Program-made: the position numbers and the translations under genes | Shown here: positions 1 through 10,303 of the stretch, in pieces | Layout of the letters: every line of letters starts with the position of its first letter | Position numbering within the stretch: position 1 is the stretch's first letter | Assembly: GCA_963707505.1 (NCBI GenBank) | Contig: CAVPQB010000004.1 | Coordinates: 1,088,001-1,152,000, forward strand | DNA length: 64,000 nt | Direction of reading: 5' to 3' | Source of the DNA: an uncultured Gemmatimonadales bacterium | GTDB taxonomy: Bacteria; Gemmatimonadota; Gemmatimonadetes; Gemmatimonadales; Gemmatimonadaceae | The notes under the pieces: model-generated | Database searches by the model: none | The model's input: only the letters and a program-made list of their open reading frames with translations | What the model was told of the DNA's origin: nothing

Positions 1-1218
1 GTCCGCCTCGGACTCAACTATACGCTTGGCACCAAGCCGGGCGTCCTCGTGCTGCCCATGGATTCCGTGGGCGGCGATTCCGTACGTGCGATACTTCAGC
101 GCGACATCGATTACGACGATCGAGCGACGGTTATAACGCTCGACGACGAGTCGGCGCGTGGGATGATGCCGAAAACGGGTGACGACTTCAACTACCCGCT
201 CTTCGCCAAGCTCGGTGTCGTTGCGATCCTGCGTCCGCAGCGCTCGCTGACGGGAATCACGATCACGATGTACGACGTCGCGGGCAAGAAGCGGATTCAG
301 ATCGGCGGCTTTCCGCTCACGGATCAGGTCAACTCGCCGGCGTGGCGGATGGCCGTGCATCGTGCAAGTGATGAGGTCGAGCGCTGGATTTTCGGCACTC
401 CAGGTGCGGCGACAACCCGAATCCTGTTCAGCGGCGGTGACAAGCAGATCTGGGTGATCGACAGCGATGGCGAGAACGCGCGCAAGCTGACGTCGGTGAC
501 GCTCGCGATGTCTGCTGCATGGAGCCCGGACGCCACCAAGTTCGTCTTCTGCGGCTTCACGCCGAGCGGCTCGCAAATCGCGGTGTACAGCTTCATCACG
601 GGCGATCTGCACTGGTTGAGCGGTACTGCGCGTGGTCTCAACATCACGCCTACCTATTCACCAGACGGGCGAACCATCGCGTACGCTAGCGGAAGCGAAG
701 GTGGCACGGACATAATGGTGATGCAGGAGGGCGATGCGTCGCCGTCGCGCCGGATCACCGTCGGTAGGGGGAGTGACAATACGTCGCCTGCATTCAGTCC
801 GGACGGGCGTCAGATCGCTTTCATGTCCGGTCGCGCTGGGCATCCGGAGGTCTATACGATGGACGCTGACGGCACCAATCCTTCATTGCTCACGGAGTTC
901 ACGTATGGCGAGCAGGCCTATCGTGCGTCGCCGGACTGGGCGCCGGACGGCCGGAGGATCGCGTACGAGTCACGGATCGACGGCAACTTTCAGATCATGA
1001 CGATCGATATGCGGGACCGCTCGACCAAGCAGTACACCAGCGACGGTCAGAACGAAGATCCTGCGTGGGCACCGGACTCGCGTCACATGGTATTCTCATC
1101 GACGCGCACGGGACCACGCCAGCTGTGGGTGCTCGATGCCGAGTCAGGGCGCATGCGTCAGCTGACTCACGCCGCCGGTGCGCGGCTGGCCTCGTGGTCC
1201 CCGATCCTCAAACCCTAA
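1..1218 (+). CDS. tolB: Tol-Pal system beta-propeller protein TolB (5' end outside window)
   Basis: Frame is open from base 1; repeated PD40-like motifs (AWSPDA, TYSPDG, AFSPDG, DWAPDG, AWAPDS); directly upstream of pal. Confidence 0.9.
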   Translation, partial: VRLGLNYTLGTKPGVLVLPMDSVGGDSVRAILQRDIDYDDRATVITLDDESARGMMPKTGDDFNYPLFAKLGVVAILRPQRSLTGITITMYDVAGKKRIQIGGFPLTDQVNSPAWRMAVHRASDEVERWIFGTPGAATTRILFSGGDKQIWVIDSDGENARKLTSVTLAMSAAWSPDATKFVFCGFTPSGSQIAVYSFITGDLHWLSGTARGLNITPTYSPDGRTIAYASGSEGGTDIMVMQEGDASPSRRITVGRGSDNTSPAFSPDGRQIAFMSGRAGHPEVYTMDADGTNPSLLTEFTYGEQAYRASPDWAPDGRRIAYESRIDGNFQIMTIDMRDRSTKQYTSDGQNEDPAWAPDSRHMVFSSTRTGPRQLWVLDAESGRMRQLTHAAGARLASWSPILKP

Positions 1219-1230
1219 CCCCTCGCGCTA

Positions 1231-1833
1231 ATGCATTCGAGCAAAATCGTACTCGCACTCATCGCGGTGACACTTGTCGCTGCGTGCCACAAGGCCCCGG
1301 CTCCGCTCTCTCCTTCTCCTGTTTCCGGGAATGATTCGCTGGATCGCGCGCGCGCCGATTCCATCGCGCGTGCGAACGCTGCGCGCCAGGCTGAGATCGC
1401 AAGAGCGCAGGCGGAGCAGGACAGTCTGCGCGCGGTGCGTGAGCGCGAGCAGCGCGAGGCCGCGCAGAACGTGGACGCGATGAAGGTGCTTGGCGCGACT
1501 ATCTACTACGATTTCGACAAGGCGGATCTGACGGAGGCCGCGCGATCGCTGCTTCTTGCCAAGGTTCCCGTGTTGCAGGCGCAGCCAACGACGCATTTGC
1601 GCATAACGGGGCACACGGATGATCGTGGGGCGTCCGAATACAATCTTGCGCTTGGCCTGAGGCGCGCAGCAGAAGCGAAGGCATTCCTGGTGAACAACGG
1701 TATCGACGCGAGCCGGCTCGAGATCACGAGCATGGGCGCTGAGCAGCCGGCGGTTCAGGGTGAGAACGAGGAAGCATGGTCGCGCAACCGTCGGTCCGAG
1801 TTCGCGCCGACATCTGGAGGAGCCAGTCAGTGA
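1231..1833 (+). CDS. pal: Peptidoglycan-associated lipoprotein (OmpA family)
   Basis: Lipobox LVAAC; IYYDFDK, ITGHTDDRGASEYNLALGLRRA and AWSRNRRSEF motifs. Confidence 0.95.
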   Translation: MHSSKIVLALIAVTLVAACHKAPAPLSPSPVSGNDSLDRARADSIARANAARQAEIARAQAEQDSLRAVREREQREAAQNVDAMKVLGATIYYDFDKADLTEAARSLLLAKVPVLQAQPTTHLRITGHTDDRGASEYNLALGLRRAAEAKAFLVNNGIDASRLEITSMGAEQPAVQGENEEAWSRNRRSEFAPTSGGASQ

Positions 1834-2585
1834 GGAAGATGATTCTCGCGACGCCGTTGGCGATGCTATTCGCCGGCTGCTTCGCAACACAATCGGACGT
1901 ACAGGTGCTGCAGGGTGACATCCGCACGATGCGCGGAGAACAGCTTGCCGCCGACTCCGCTCGCAAGATTCAGATCGATCGTGCGTTGGCGAGCATGCGT
2001 ACCGCGAACGACTCGCTCAACGCGTTGAGCACGCGCCTCACGCGGTTTCGCTCCGACATGACGTCGAGCATGACGTCGGTTCAACAGCAGCTCCTGCAAG
2101 TGCAGGAGTTGACGGGACAGAGCCAGCGCCGCATTCAGGAAGTTCGTGCGTCGCTCGAAGAGCGTCAGAGCGCGACCGCCGCACCGGATTCGACTGGAGC
2201 GCCCGCGACACCGGGACCCAACGCGTTGTTCCAGGTCGCGCGTGAGCAGATGATGCAGGGAAGCAACGCCGCCGCGCGTCAGGCCTTCCAGGATCTCATA
2301 GCCAAGTATCCCAAGTCGGATGTCGCGCCGGACGCCGCGTTCTACATCGCGGAGACGTACGCTGCGGAAAACAATACCGCCGCTGCCGATTCGGTATACG
2401 CGCAGGTAGCATCGAAGTACGCCGGCTCGCCGCGCGCCGCGACGGCAATCTACAAGCGCGGTGTTGCTGCACAGGCTGCTGGCAATGGCGATCAGGCGCG
2501 CGACCTGTTCAATCAGCTCATCAAGAAGTACCCGCGCTCCGACGAGGCTGCGCTGGCTCGGGATCGCATAAAGACGATCAAGTAG
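1830..2585 (+). CDS. cpoB: Tol-Pal accessory TPR/coiled-coil lipoprotein CpoB (YbgF)
   Basis: GTG at 1830 overlaps the pal stop, GGAGG upstream; lipobox LFAGC; coiled coil then TPRs ending LIKKYPRSDEA; synteny with tolB-pal. Confidence 0.85.
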   Translation: MRKMILATPLAMLFAGCFATQSDVQVLQGDIRTMRGEQLAADSARKIQIDRALASMRTANDSLNALSTRLTRFRSDMTSSMTSVQQQLLQVQELTGQSQRRIQEVRASLEERQSATAAPDSTGAPATPGPNALFQVAREQMMQGSNAAARQAFQDLIAKYPKSDVAPDAAFYIAETYAAENNTAAADSVYAQVASKYAGSPRAATAIYKRGVAAQAAGNGDQARDLFNQLIKKYPRSDEAALARDRIKTIK

Positions 2586-2600
2586 CAGGCGGAGGCGATC

Positions 2601-3462
2601 GTGGCTAGGCGTCGCACGGCTGGGGGGATGGCCGAGATGGCGTTCCTCGATCACCTCGAGGAGCTGCGCCAGCGACTGTTCAGATGTGCCGCGGCGTTCG
2701 CGTTCGGCGCGATCATCGCCTTCCTGCTGTTCACGCAGGTGCCGCACTTCGACGTGATCGAGTTCCTTTCACGACCGATCACGCCGTACCTGCACGGCGC
2801 CAAGCTGATCTACCTGCATCCAGGCGATGCCTTTCAGATAGTGCTCGACGCCGGATTCGCGCTGGCGTTCATCATCGCGTCGCCGGTCATTCTGTACCAG
2901 CTGTGGGGATTCGTCTCCCCGGCGATGTATTCGCACGAGAAGAAGCTCGTAGTTCCGGTACTAGGCGGCATAGTCGTGCTGTTCATCGCCGGTGTGGCGA
3001 TGGCGTTCACGTTGATCCTGCCGATGACCATCAAGTTCCTGGTCGGCGTTGAGTCATCCGCGCTTCAACCCATGATCGCCGCGTCGGAATACTTCGGCTT
3101 CGCGATCTACATGTGCCTCGCATTCGGCGCCGCGTTCGAGCTTCCGATCGTGATAATGGGACTCACTGCACTCGGTCTGACCAACCCAAACTTCCTGGCC
3201 AGGTACCGGCGATACGCGGCGGTTGGCGGACTGATCGTCGGCTGCTTCATCACGCCAGACCCGACCGCGATGTTTGCGATCGCGATCCCGATGTATGGAC
3301 TGTTCGAGCTCAGCATCGTACTGTCACGCATGGTTTACAAGTGGCGTCAGCGACCTGAAGCGGGGGACGACAGCGGATCCATCGATGAGCCGCCGCCTCC
3401 GCCCCCGCCGCCCACCGCCGCCGGTTCGGGATGCACCGCGCCGGCTCGGAGCGCCGGCGTGA
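2601..3462 (+). CDS. tatC: Twin-arginine translocase subunit TatC (one +1 indel in the 3' poly-Pro codons)
   Basis: MAFLDHLEELRQRL, YQLWGFVSPAMYSHEK, FGAAFELP and ITPDP motifs; removing one C near 3412 gives a C-terminus PPPPVRDAPRRLGAPA with TGA at 3460-3462 overlapping the next GTG. Confidence 0.88.
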
Positions 3463-6458
3463 TTCGGATATCGCGCTACGCGATTATTGTGGCCGCGCTC
3501 GGAACGGGCGCGGCTTCGGTCGTCGGCGCGCAGGTGGTCGATAGCGCAGCGCGAAAGTCGGTGCGCGATACTGTGCCCAAAGCGGTGGCGCGCGATACGA
3601 CGTTGAAACGCGACACGACCGTCCGGCGCGACACAACGGCCCGCGACAGCACGCGTCGCGACACGATTCCACAAGCAGCACCGCTTGTCACCTGGTCGTC
3701 GGACTCCGACTCGGTTGCGGCGGCACTCATGAAGAGACCCGGGTTTCGCGCCACACGGTATCAGGGCGACAACGTGGTGTTCGATGCGCTGGCCAAGGCA
3801 CTTCGAATCCACGGCAAGCCGGCAGCGGTCGGTCGCGACCAGACCATCGTGATCGGTGACACGGTGCTCTACAATGATTCAACCAAATTCGTGACCGCGA
3901 TGGGCGACACGGTGATTCTGCACGATCCGTCCCAGCAGACAGCGGACGTGATCGCGAAGGGCAAAGTCACGTACAATACCGCACAGGGCCGCGGTACCGC
4001 GACGAATATCAGCACGTCTGTCGAGAGCGGCCAACGCTATTATCTATCCGGCAAGGAGACTGCTTTCGTTCGCGATACCACGCCCGCAAAACGCAGCGCC
4101 TATTACGTACGCAACGGTATCATCACGAGCTGTGACGACAGCGTTCCGGACTATTACTTCAAGTCGGGCGAGATCAAGTTCGTCTCGAAGAACCTGCTCG
4201 TCGCACGTCCCGCGACGCTGTATGTTGGTGGCGTTCCGGTCTTCTGGCTTCCGTTCCTTTTTCAGGATGTGCGCAACGGACGGCGTAGCGGCATCCTCAC
4301 CCCACGTTTCGGGCTCAGTGAATTCGTCCGCAACAGCTCCGCGTATCGACGCCATGTCGAGAACATCGGCTATTACGCAAACCTCGGCGATTACATGGAC
4401 GCCGAGGCGTGGTACGACTGGCGAAGTAGTGCACGCGGAACGCTGTCGGATCCAGGCTTCTCGCGCGTCAATGGTCAGTTCAGATATCGGTGGCTGGACC
4501 GCTTCATCACCGGCGGAATTGCGGCGAATCACCTTGCGCAGCCGGGCGGAGCCAGCAATACCGCGGTCACATGGTATCACTCGCAGGAATTTTCGTCGAC
4601 CAGCCGCTTCAGTGCGAACGTCAACTTCACCACCAATACAACGGTGTTGCAGCGAACCACGTTCAATCCGCAGCAGCAGCTCTCGGCGATCAGTTCCGAC
4701 GTCCGCTACAGCAGGAAGGTAGGACCCTTTTCCATGGATCTGGGCGGACATCGCGATCAGTACTCCGGACGCACGCAGATCCAGGAGAACTATCCGACGC
4801 TCAGCGTTACCAGTCCAGCCATCGCGCTTACGAACTGGCTCGACTGGACACCGAGCCTCAGCTTCCAGCGTCAGGCCAAGGTCAACATGGACGAGTCGCA
4901 GGCCCTGTTCTACCGCTATTTCACGAACTCGGCCGGCGTATCGGACAGCTCGCGGATCAAGGCGTCGGAAACGACCCAGTCGACGGCATTCGCGACGCCG
5001 ATAAGCATCCACGGATTCCGGCTCGATCTCTCGGGCAATGTACAGAGTCTTGATCTCGACCATCCTGTAACGCGCACATTCATAAGTCAGACCGACACCA
5101 GCCAACGTTTCAACCGGACGTTCGCGCGATCCGCGACGAATCAGGCCGACTTCAATTTCGCGTTCAGCCTGCCGGGCTTTTTCCCCGGCACGCTGAATCT
5201 CAACCCATCCGTTTCGTTTTCCAACGTTTACAGCGGCTCCTACTGGGTTCAGTCCGAGTTCTCGAACGGTCAGTGGGTCCATCAGAGCAAGCGCCCGATG
5301 TTCTCGATCGGCGTATCGCCCACGTTGTTCGCGTTGTTCCCCGGAATCGGACCGATCACGCGCATTCGCCACTCGATCACTCCGCGTATCAGCTTTGGAT
5401 ATGCGCCTGCCGGTAATGTTCCGGCAGCGTATCTCGCCGCAATCAACCACTCGGCCAGCAACTTCCTCGGCAATCTTCCGCAGAATCAGATTACCTTCGG
5501 CCTCACGCAGGTGTTCGAGGCCAAGCTGCGGTCCGACACTGGCGCGTCCGACGAGGGACGCAAGATCAAGCTTCTCGGATTGGACTTCTCAGCCCTCACG
5601 TGGGACTTCCAGCGCGCAAAGGAGACTCACCGCACCGGGCTCACCACGAACTCCTTCACCTACAGCGCAACGTCGGATCTGCTTCCGGGATTCAGTTTCA
5701 ACAGCACGTACTCGCTCTTTCAGGGTGACACGCAGAGCGATACGGCACAGTTCAAGCCGTTCCGGGAAGGCATCAACGCCTCGTTCACGCTCAACGGAAA
5801 GACAGGAATCGTCGGCGCGATAAGCCGGTTGTTCGGACACGCGCCACCATCCTCCACGCAGCCGACCCAGACTGTGGAGCAGAGCGAACAGGATCAGCTC
5901 GCCTCGCGACTCTCATCAATGCCGGTAGCAGGTAGCTACAGACGCGACATGCAATATGCGATCGACGATACGCAGGGATGGTCGAGCCAGATCACCTTCG
6001 CTTCGACGCGCCAACGTCCTCCCATCGGCGGTCATGTCATCAACTTCGATCCGACGCTGGTGTGCGCGCCGTATTCCTCCAATCCGATCCTGTTCGAGCA
6101 GTGCCGGCAGACCACGCTGCTCAATCCGCAGACTACGGTCAACAACACCAACGATCCGATCGGAGGCGGCGTCTTCGTTCGCGTTCCGCCACGCGAGACG
6201 TTGAACGCGAACACCACCTTCCACATCACGCAGAAATGGTCCGCCAGTTGGGGCACATTGTACGACGTTGTAAATCACGCGTTCGCGAGCAACCAGGTGA
6301 CGCTCCAGCGTGACCTGCACGACTGGCGCGCGATCTTCTCGTTCAGCCAGAGTCCCAATGGCAACTCGTACTTCAGCTTCATGATTGGCAACAAGGCCCA
6401 GCCGGACCTCAAGTTCAACTACGACAAGCCCACGTACCGGCAGCAGGATATTCGTTAA
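3459..6458 (+). CDS. lptD: Putative LPS-assembly outer membrane protein (LptD/OstA-like)
   Basis: GTG start plus signal peptide (IRISRYAIIVAALGTGAASVVGAQ); ITSCD..PDYYF, LYVGGVPVFWLPF, RRSGILTPRFG and C-terminal LQRDLHDW motifs typical of putative LptD proteins. Confidence 0.75.
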   Translation: MIRISRYAIIVAALGTGAASVVGAQVVDSAARKSVRDTVPKAVARDTTLKRDTTVRRDTTARDSTRRDTIPQAAPLVTWSSDSDSVAAALMKRPGFRATRYQGDNVVFDALAKALRIHGKPAAVGRDQTIVIGDTVLYNDSTKFVTAMGDTVILHDPSQQTADVIAKGKVTYNTAQGRGTATNISTSVESGQRYYLSGKETAFVRDTTPAKRSAYYVRNGIITSCDDSVPDYYFKSGEIKFVSKNLLVARPATLYVGGVPVFWLPFLFQDVRNGRRSGILTPRFGLSEFVRNSSAYRRHVENIGYYANLGDYMDAEAWYDWRSSARGTLSDPGFSRVNGQFRYRWLDRFITGGIAANHLAQPGGASNTAVTWYHSQEFSSTSRFSANVNFTTNTTVLQRTTFNPQQQLSAISSDVRYSRKVGPFSMDLGGHRDQYSGRTQIQENYPTLSVTSPAIALTNWLDWTPSLSFQRQAKVNMDESQALFYRYFTNSAGVSDSSRIKASETTQSTAFATPISIHGFRLDLSGNVQSLDLDHPVTRTFISQTDTSQRFNRTFARSATNQADFNFAFSLPGFFPGTLNLNPSVSFSNVYSGSYWVQSEFSNGQWVHQSKRPMFSIGVSPTLFALFPGIGPITRIRHSITPRISFGYAPAGNVPAAYLAAINHSASNFLGNLPQNQITFGLTQVFEAKLRSDTGASDEGRKIKLLGLDFSALTWDFQRAKETHRTGLTTNSFTYSATSDLLPGFSFNSTYSLFQGDTQSDTAQFKPFREGINASFTLNGKTGIVGAISRLFGHAPPSSTQPTQTVEQSEQDQLASRLSSMPVAGSYRRDMQYAIDDTQGWSSQITFASTRQRPPIGGHVINFDPTLVCAPYSSNPILFEQCRQTTLLNPQTTVNNTNDPIGGGVFVRVPPRETLNANTTFHITQKWSASWGTLYDVVNHAFASNQVTLQRDLHDWRAIFSFSQSPNGNSYFSFMIGNKAQPDLKFNYDKPTYRQQDIR
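3564..3668 (+). repeat. Degenerate tandem peptide repeat R-D-[TS]-[TVI] x6 in the LptD-like N-terminal linker
   Basis: RDTVPKAVA-RDTTLK-RDTTVR-RDTTA-RDSTR-RDTIP; DNA units start cgcga(c/t)a. Confidence 0.8.
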
Positions 6459-6461
6459 CCG

Positions 6462-7457
6462 TTGTTATCAGCTCGCTTCGCGCCGTGGGACGTACCGATT
6501 TTCCTGGCCAAATACGCTTACCTCACACTGGTCAGGAAGCCGATCCTCGTACACTTCGAGGTGACGCTCCGCTGTAATGCACACTGCGGATTCTGCGACT
6601 ACTGGAAAACCGATTCCTCCGAGCGTGACAACGAGGTCAAGAGCTTCGCGGACGCGGCGCGCTTCTTCAATCCGATGATGATCACGTGGACCGGCGGAGA
6701 GCCCACGTTGCGACGGGATCTCGAAGATCTCGTCTCGGCGGTCGATCGCGCGATTCGTGTCAAGTACATGACGCTCATCACCCACGGCGGGATGCTCACG
6801 CCCGAGCGCGCACAATCCCTGTGGGATGCGGGGATCAATCAATTCAACATCTCGCTCGATTTTCTGGATGCGCGGCACGACGACGCGCGCGGCATTCCAG
6901 GGCTCGTCGACAGGATCATGCACAACGTACCCGCGATGCGCGAGCGTGGAATCGACGCGATCCGTTTCAACACCGTCATCAAGCGGTCCAACGTCGGCGA
7001 GCTTGTTTCGATCGTGCGCCGTGCCGCCGAGCTCGGCGTTGGTGTCAACTTCAGCTGCTACACCGACAGCAAGAACGGCAACGCCGACGGACTGATACCG
7101 GAATCCGAAGTCAGGCATCTCGAAGAGGTCATCGCCGAGCTCCTCGCGTTCAAGCGCGAGCGCCGCGGCATCATCACCAATTCGGATTATTACCTCGAGC
7201 AGATCCCCCGGTACGTCCGCGGGGAAACGTCCGAGCCATGCCGGTCGGGCATCCGAACGATCCATATCGACCCGGCCGGCTACGTTAAGCGCTGCCCGGA
7301 TTTCCCGGTCGACTTCCACTGGCGTGACTTCCGGAAGTATGAACCAGTCAACTGTAACGCATGCTACTACGCGTGCCGCGGCGAGGCTCAGGCGCCATTA
7401 CGGCTGTCCCGGATCCGTGATGTCATGGCATCTCCGCTCGATCACCAGACCACTTAA
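6462..7457 (+). CDS. Radical SAM enzyme with C-terminal SPASM/twitch-like cysteines, function unknown
   Basis: CNAHCGFC (CX3CX2C), TGGEPTLR; C-terminal CRSG...IDPAGYVKRC...CNACYYAC. Confidence 0.9.
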   Translation: MLSARFAPWDVPIFLAKYAYLTLVRKPILVHFEVTLRCNAHCGFCDYWKTDSSERDNEVKSFADAARFFNPMMITWTGGEPTLRRDLEDLVSAVDRAIRVKYMTLITHGGMLTPERAQSLWDAGINQFNISLDFLDARHDDARGIPGLVDRIMHNVPAMRERGIDAIRFNTVIKRSNVGELVSIVRRAAELGVGVNFSCYTDSKNGNADGLIPESEVRHLEEVIAELLAFKRERRGIITNSDYYLEQIPRYVRGETSEPCRSGIRTIHIDPAGYVKRCPDFPVDFHWRDFRKYEPVNCNACYYACRGEAQAPLRLSRIRDVMASPLDHQTT

Positions 7458-7509
7458 AGGACCGGTCATTCTGGCCGACCCCACGCGTTCTCGTTAACTT
7501 CCCCTTGAA

Positions 7510-9285
7510 ATGTCCAAGTCCGCCCAGCTCAAGAGGAAGGCTGCCGAATTCGAGCAGAAACGACAGTACGATCGTGCCCTCACGTCATACGCGCAGGCCA
7601 TAGAGGCTGCGGCCGGAATCCCCGACGAGCTGGATATTCCGCTGTACAACCGGGTGGGCGACCTCCACCTGCGCATGGGCGAGCTCGACAAGGCAGTTGC
7701 GTACTACGAGACCGCCGTGGACCTGTACGCGGAAGGTGGCTTCTTCAACAACGCCATCGCTCTCTGCAACAAGGTGCTCCGTCACGCACCTGGCCGGTCG
7801 GTCATTTACTACAAGCTCGGGAAGATCAGCGCCAAAAAGGGCTTCAATTCCGACGCAAAGCAGAATTTCCTGGAGTACGCCGCCCGGATGGAGAAGGCCG
7901 GCGACATAAGCGAGGCCTTCCGCGCCCTCAAGGAATTCGCCGATCTCTGCCCCGGTCAGGATGACGTCCGCCTCATGCTGGCAGAGCAGTTGGCGCGCGC
8001 GGGTCGTACGCAGGAGGCGCTCGAGCAGCTCCAGATCGTTCACGAGGCGATGCTTTCCGAGGATCGCAGCGCAGAGGCTGCCGCGACGCTGGAACGTATC
8101 CGCACCCTCGATCCGGACTTCGCGCCACAGATCGGCATGTCGCGCCAGGAAGCCAAGCGGGAAGGCCTGGTCTTCCTCGATGTCGATTATGGCAAACATG
8201 GAGCAAAGCATTCCGATGCGACCGAGGACTCCGTGTCCCGTCCTCTCTCCGCGCAGGGATTCGACGACGTCGAGCTGCCATCGCCGGCCGATGCCCGTTC
8301 CGAGCGAACCCTGGATGAGTCGCCGCTCGCTGGCCTGACTCCTCTCGAAGACCCTCTGACGTCGATGATCTCCGAGCAGGCACGCGGCCCGGGACCGACT
8401 ATGGACGAGTTCGAGGCGACCTCGTTCGCTACGAATGGGCCGGATCCCGAGATCAAGCCGCTCGCGATCGAGCACACCTCATACGACACGTTTTCACCGG
8501 CGCCGGCCGCTGACGAGTCGGCATTGGCCGCTACGGCCGATGAGTCGGCCACCGACAGCGATGAGCCGCCCACGGTCACCGACCACACCGACCAATCCAT
8601 GGCCGACGCGCTTACCGGGTATGTCGCGTCGCTGTCGAGCGATGTCGGTGAGATGCAGGGCGGTTTGCCCGATGATCTCGGCGTTCTTCCCGTTGATGCA
8701 GTTCGTGAGGAGCAGGCGGCGTCGCAGAAAGCCGCACGCACCGATGATGATTTCGTCGACCTCAACGAATGGCTTCTGGAGGGCGAACCCCCCATGAATC
8801 CGCGCATGACCGCGGAAGAAGAAGCGAAGACACCGGGCGACGTCCAGACGGATTTCTCGGAGATGCTCGAGACGTTCAAGGCCGGCGTCGCCGCCAACGT
8901 CGATGAGAGCGATTCTGACAGCCATTACGATCTTGGCGTCGCGTACATGGAGATGGGATTGTTCGACGAAGCAATCGCGCAGTTCCAGAAAGCGATGCGC
9001 GGCGACGCATCTCCTGAGCGACGCGTCCGCGCATACGAGTCGCTCGGGCAGAGCTTCATCGAGAAGAATGAGTATCAGGTGGCGATCAGCTCGCTCGGCG
9101 GCGCACTCAAGGAATCGGGTCTCAACGACACCAAGCTCGTGGGCGTGCTGTACCTGCTCGGCTACGCAAACGAGAAGCTGGAACAGTGGCAGCCCGCTGA
9201 AGGTTACTACCGCCGTGTTTTCGCGGTGGACATTCACTTCCGCGATATCGGTGAGCGACTGAAACGCGCCGAGCAAATGGCGTGA
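7510..9285 (+). CDS. TPR protein with long acidic linker and C-terminal TPRs
   Basis: N-terminal TPRs (LYNRVGDLHLRMG...), D/E/P-rich centre, C-terminal SHYDLGVAYMEMGLFDEAIAQFQKA. Confidence 0.8.
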   Translation: MSKSAQLKRKAAEFEQKRQYDRALTSYAQAIEAAAGIPDELDIPLYNRVGDLHLRMGELDKAVAYYETAVDLYAEGGFFNNAIALCNKVLRHAPGRSVIYYKLGKISAKKGFNSDAKQNFLEYAARMEKAGDISEAFRALKEFADLCPGQDDVRLMLAEQLARAGRTQEALEQLQIVHEAMLSEDRSAEAAATLERIRTLDPDFAPQIGMSRQEAKREGLVFLDVDYGKHGAKHSDATEDSVSRPLSAQGFDDVELPSPADARSERTLDESPLAGLTPLEDPLTSMISEQARGPGPTMDEFEATSFATNGPDPEIKPLAIEHTSYDTFSPAPAADESALAATADESATDSDEPPTVTDHTDQSMADALTGYVASLSSDVGEMQGGLPDDLGVLPVDAVREEQAASQKAARTDDDFVDLNEWLLEGEPPMNPRMTAEEEAKTPGDVQTDFSEMLETFKAGVAANVDESDSDSHYDLGVAYMEMGLFDEAIAQFQKAMRGDASPERRVRAYESLGQSFIEKNEYQVAISSLGGALKESGLNDTKLVGVLYLLGYANEKLEQWQPAEGYYRRVFAVDIHFRDIGERLKRAEQMA

Positions 9286-10303
9286 CGGCGCGCTCCATCG
9301 ACGCGCCAGAGGCGAGTGACGCTCTGCGCGTCGTGACGCTGGACGAGGTGCAGGCGCCAGTGCGTGACGACCTGGAGCAGGTTCGCGAAGAGATGGAGCA
9401 GGCCATCACGCGCGACATTCCCATGCTTGCGATCGCCGCGCGGCATCTCCTTGCGATGAAAGGGAAGATGTTTCGCCCCACGCTCGTGCTGCTCTCCAGT
9501 CACACCGCCGGCACGCCGACACGCGATGCAGTCGTCGTCGCATCCGTCGTCGAGATGGTGCATCTCGCCACGCTGGTCCATGATGACGCTGTCGATCATT
9601 CCATGCTGCGCCGCGGCATGCCGACGATCAACTCGTTGTTCAGCGATCAGATCTCGGTGATCATGGGTGACTTTCTGTACTCGACAGCGCTCACGCAGCT
9701 CGTCGCGCTCGACAACATGGCTGCGATACGCGCGCTCGTAGACGCATCGACGCAGATGTCGGTCGGCGAACTGTCGCAGCTCTCGACGATCGAGCCGCTC
9801 AGCTTTTCCGAAGACGATTACGAATTTCTGATCCGGTCCAAGACGGCGTCATTGATCGTCGGCGGCATGTCGCGTGGGCGCGATGTGCGGCGCTCCAGCG
9901 CATGCGGAAGCACTTGCCGAGTACGGCGATGCGCTTGGAATGGTGTTCCAGATCACCGACGACCTGATCGACTACACCGAAGCGTCCGAAACGACGGGCA
10001 AGCCCAGCGGACTGGATCTGCGAGAGCACAAGGTCACGTTGCCGTTGATCGCCGCTCTTCGATCGATGTCCGCCACCGAGCGGAGTCGCGTCAACGCGCT
10101 GTTCCAGGTAACCGATCCCGCCGAGGACGATGTCGCAGACGTAGCGCGGATCGTTGTGGAGCGGGGCGGGCTTGGAGTACGCGCGTCAACGAGCCGGCGA
10201 GTATGCCGAAAGGGCGCGAAGCGCATTACTTGGCCTTCCAGCAACGGCCGCCCGGGACGCTCTCGGTGCGGCTATCTTCTACGTAATGGAGCGACACGCC
10301 TGA
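9282..10303 (+). CDS. Polyprenyl diphosphate synthase (IspB/HepT family), two indels near 9865 and 10170
   Basis: GKMFRP, HLATLVHDDAVD..RRG, GDFL, KTASL, FQITDDLID, GKPSGLDLREHKVTLP across frames; third frame ends YVMERHA-stop at 10303. Confidence 0.88.

Noticed and set aside
4044..5450. Long antisense ORFs (also 12990-14228, 19658-21088, 23041-24177, 24305-25666, 43886-45112)
   Set aside because: Shadow ORFs opposite well-supported genes, expected in GC-rich DNA; no motifs
2601..6458. Novel TatC-LptD fusion protein
   Set aside because: One extra C in a CCG-repeat tract explains it; a GTGA stop/start overlap and an internal signal peptide mark two genes
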